The translations under genes were made by a program, and so were the position numbers. This document shows, piece by piece, positions 61,401 through 64,000 of a stretch of 64,000 nt of DNA. Below the pieces are notes generated by a model, which was not told the origin of the DNA, did no database searches, and was given only the letters and a program-made list of their open reading frames with translations. Every line of letters starts with the position of its first letter. Position 1 is the stretch's first letter. The stretch covers positions 10,356,001 to 10,420,000 of the forward strand of contig CM059433.1 of NCBI GenBank assembly GCA_030390025.1, given 5' to 3'. The DNA comes from Squalus acanthias. Lineage: Eukaryota.

Positions 61401-64000
61401 GTGTTGGTGCTGTGCACTGTCTGAGATCGGGAGTGTTGGCGCTGTGCGTTGTCTGAGATCGGGAGTGTTGGTGCTGTGCGTTGTCTGAGATTGGGAGTGT
61501 TGGCGCTGTGCACTGTCTGAGATCGGGAGTGTTGGCGCTGTGCACTGTCTGAGATCGGGAGTGTTGGCGCTGTGCGTTGTCTGAGATCGGGAGTGTTGGT
61601 GCTGTGCGTTGTCTGAGATCGGCAGTGTTGGTGCTGTGTGTTGTCTGAGATCGGGAGTGTTGGCACTGTGCGTTGTCTGAGATCGGGAGGGTTGGCGCTG
61701 TGAGTTGTCTGAGATCGGGAGTGTTTGCGCTGTGTGTTGTCTGAGATCGGGAGTGTTTGCGCTGTGTGTTGTCTGAGATCGGGAGTGTTGGCTCTGTGCA
61801 TTGTCTGAGATCGGGAGTGTTGGCTCTGTGCACTGTCTGAGATCGGAGTGTTGGTGCTGTGCATTGTCTGAGATTGGGAGTGTTGGCTCTGTGCACTGTC
61901 AGAGATCGGGAGTGTTGGCGCTATGCTTTGTCTGAGATCAGGAGTGTTGGCACTGTGAGTTGTCTGAGATCGGCAGTGTTGGTGCTGTGCATTGTCTGAG
62001 ATTGGGAGTGTTGGCTCTGTGCACTGTCTGAGATCGGGAGTGTTGCCTCTGTGCACTGTCAGAGATCGGGAGTGTTGCGTCTGTGCATTGTCTGAAATTG
62101 GGAGTGTTGGCTCTGTGCACTGTCTGAGATCGGGAGTGTTGGCGCTATGCGTTGTCTGAGATCAGGAGTGTTGGCACTGTGTGTTGTCTGAGATCAGGAG
62201 TGTTGGCACTGTGTGTTGTCTGAGATCGGCAGTGTTGGTGCTGTGCATTGTCTGAGATCGGGAGTGTTGGTGCTGTGTGTTGTCTGAGATCGGGAGTGTT
62301 GGCGCTGTGTGTTGTCTGAGATCGGGAGTGTTGGCGCTGTGCATTGTCTGAGATCGGGAGTGTTGGCGCTGTGCACTGTCTGAGATCGGGAGTGTTGGCT
62401 CTGTGCACTGTCTGAGATCGTGAGTGTTGGCGCTGTGCACTGTCTGAGATCGGGAGTGTTGGTGCTGTGCATTGTCTGAGATCGGGAGTGTTGGCTCTGT
62501 GCACTGTCTGAGATCGGGAGTGTTGGCTCTGTGCACTGTCTGAGATCGGGAGTGTTGGCTCTGTGCACTGTCTGAGATCGGGAGTGTTGGCTCTGTGCAC
62601 TGTCTGAGATCGGGAGTGTTGGTGCTGTGCATTGTCTGAGATCGGGAGTGTTGGCGCTGTGCACTGTCTGAGATCGGGAGTGTTGGCGCTGTGCACTGTC
62701 TGAGATCGGGAGTGTTGGCGCTGTGCATTGTCTGAGATCGGGAGTGTTGGCGCTGTGCACCTTATCTGAGATCGGGAATGTTGGCGCTGTGCGTTGTCTG
62801 AGATCGGGAGTGTTGGCGCTGTGCATTGTCTGAGATCGGGAGTGTTGGCGCTGTGCACTGTCTGAGATCGGGAGTGTTGGCGCTGTGCACCTTATCTGAG
62901 ATCGGGAATGTTGACGCTGTGCGTTGTCTGAGATCAGAAGTGTTGGCGCTGTGCCTTGTCTGAGATCGGGAGTGTTGGCGCTATGCCTTGTCTGAGATCG
63001 GGAGTGTTGGCGCTATGCCTTGTCTGAGATCCGGAGTGTTGGCACTGTGCGTTGTCTGAGATCAGAAGTGTTGGCGCTGTGCCTTGTCTGAGATCGGGAG
63101 TGTTGGCGCAATGCCTTGTCTGAGATCCGGAGTGTTGGCACTGTGCATTGTCTGAGATCGGGAGTGTTGGCGCTGTGCACTGTCTGAGATCGGGAGTGTT
63201 GGCGCTGTGCGTTGTCTGAGATCGGGAGTGTTGGCGCTGTGCGTTGTCTGAGATCTTGGGGGTTGGCGCTGTGAGTTGTCTGAGATCGGGAGTGTTGGTG
63301 CTGTGCGTTGTCTGAGATTGGGAGTGTTGGCGCTGTGCCTTGTCTGAGATCGGGAGTGTTGGCGCTGTGCGTTGTCTGAGATCTCGGGGGTTGGCGCTGT
63401 GAGTTGTCTGAGATCGGGAGTGTTAGTTCTGTGAGTTGTCTGAGATCGGCAGTTTTGGTGCTGTGTGTTGTCTAAGATCGGGAGTGTTGGCGCTGTGCGT
63501 TGTCTGAGATCGGGAGTGTTGGCGCTGTGCACTGTCTGAGATCGGGAGTGTTGGTGCTGTGCATTGTCTGAGATCGGGAGTGTTGGCGCTGTGCATTGTC
63601 TGAGATCGGGAGTGTTGGCGCTGTGCATTGTCTGAGATCGGGAGTGTTGGCGCTGTGTGTTGTCTGAGATCGGGGGTGTTGGCGCTGTGCGTTGTCTGAG
63701 ATCGGGAGTGTTGGTGCTGTGCGTTGTCTGAGATTGGGAGTGTTGGCGCTGTGCCTTGTCTGAGATCGGGAGTGTTGGCACTGTGCGTTGTCTGAGATCT
63801 CGGGGGTTGGCGCTGTGAGTTGTCTGAGATCGGGAGTGTTAGTTCTGTGAGTTGTCTGAGATCGGCAGTTTTGGTGCTGTGTGTTGTCTGAGATCAGGAG
63901 TGTTGGCGCTGTGCACTGTCTGAGATCGGGAGTGTTGGCGCTGTGCAGTGTCTGAGATCGGGAGTGTTGGTGCTGTGCATTGTCTGAGATCGGGAGTGTT
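52439..64000. repeat. 32-bp tandem array (about 360 copies, runs off the window end)
   Basis: Consensus TGTCTGAGATCGGGAGTGTTGGCGCTGTGCAT; recurrent variant units; degenerate unit at 52404-52438. Confidence 0.98.

Noticed and set aside
52375..63781. Long minus-strand ORFs as mucin-like genes
   Set aside because: All three frames give the same peptide because of the 32-nt period; stops and indels are scattered; no unique N- or C-terminal domain.
52900..63800. V(D)J recombination signals (CACAGTG in ggcactgtg variants)
   Set aside because: The heptamer arises from CpG decay; no correctly spaced ACAAAAACC nonamer and no V or J segments.
52439..64000. CRISPR array
   Set aside because: Units are contiguous 32-mers with no unique spacers; no cas genes; eukaryotic context.

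Overview
This is eukaryotic, repeat-saturated DNA, most likely intergenic or intronic sequence from a cartilaginous fish (shark). That assignment is inferred from the repeat complement: Deu-domain tRNA SINEs, abundant CR1, L2 and RTE LINE 3' fragments, and Penelope-type pLTR pieces. I recognise no intact protein-coding gene. About 1-52.4 kb is a nested mosaic of 5'-truncated LINEs, SINEs, PIF/Harbinger-type MITEs, one broken Harbinger transposase, a decayed Gypsy pol, two solo LTRs with 5-bp TSDs, and several Penelope-like hairpin insertions carrying minimal hammerhead-ribozyme cores. From about 52.4 kb to the end is an 11.6-kb array of a 32-bp unit with higher-order structure. Most notable: (i) ~200-220-bp self-complementary hammerhead-bearing mini-elements with long TSDs (34961-35160, 45907-46131); (ii) a 2.35-kb fold-back element with hammerhead-bearing ends, hidden by three nested insertions (45003-47363); (iii) a solo-LTR family carrying a CTCF-like site just upstream of its TATA box; (iv) the CpG-decay pattern and 3042-bp super-period of the 32-bp array. 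A few isolated candidate exons, mostly on the minus strand, are listed at low confidence. All family names come from motif recognition, not database searches.
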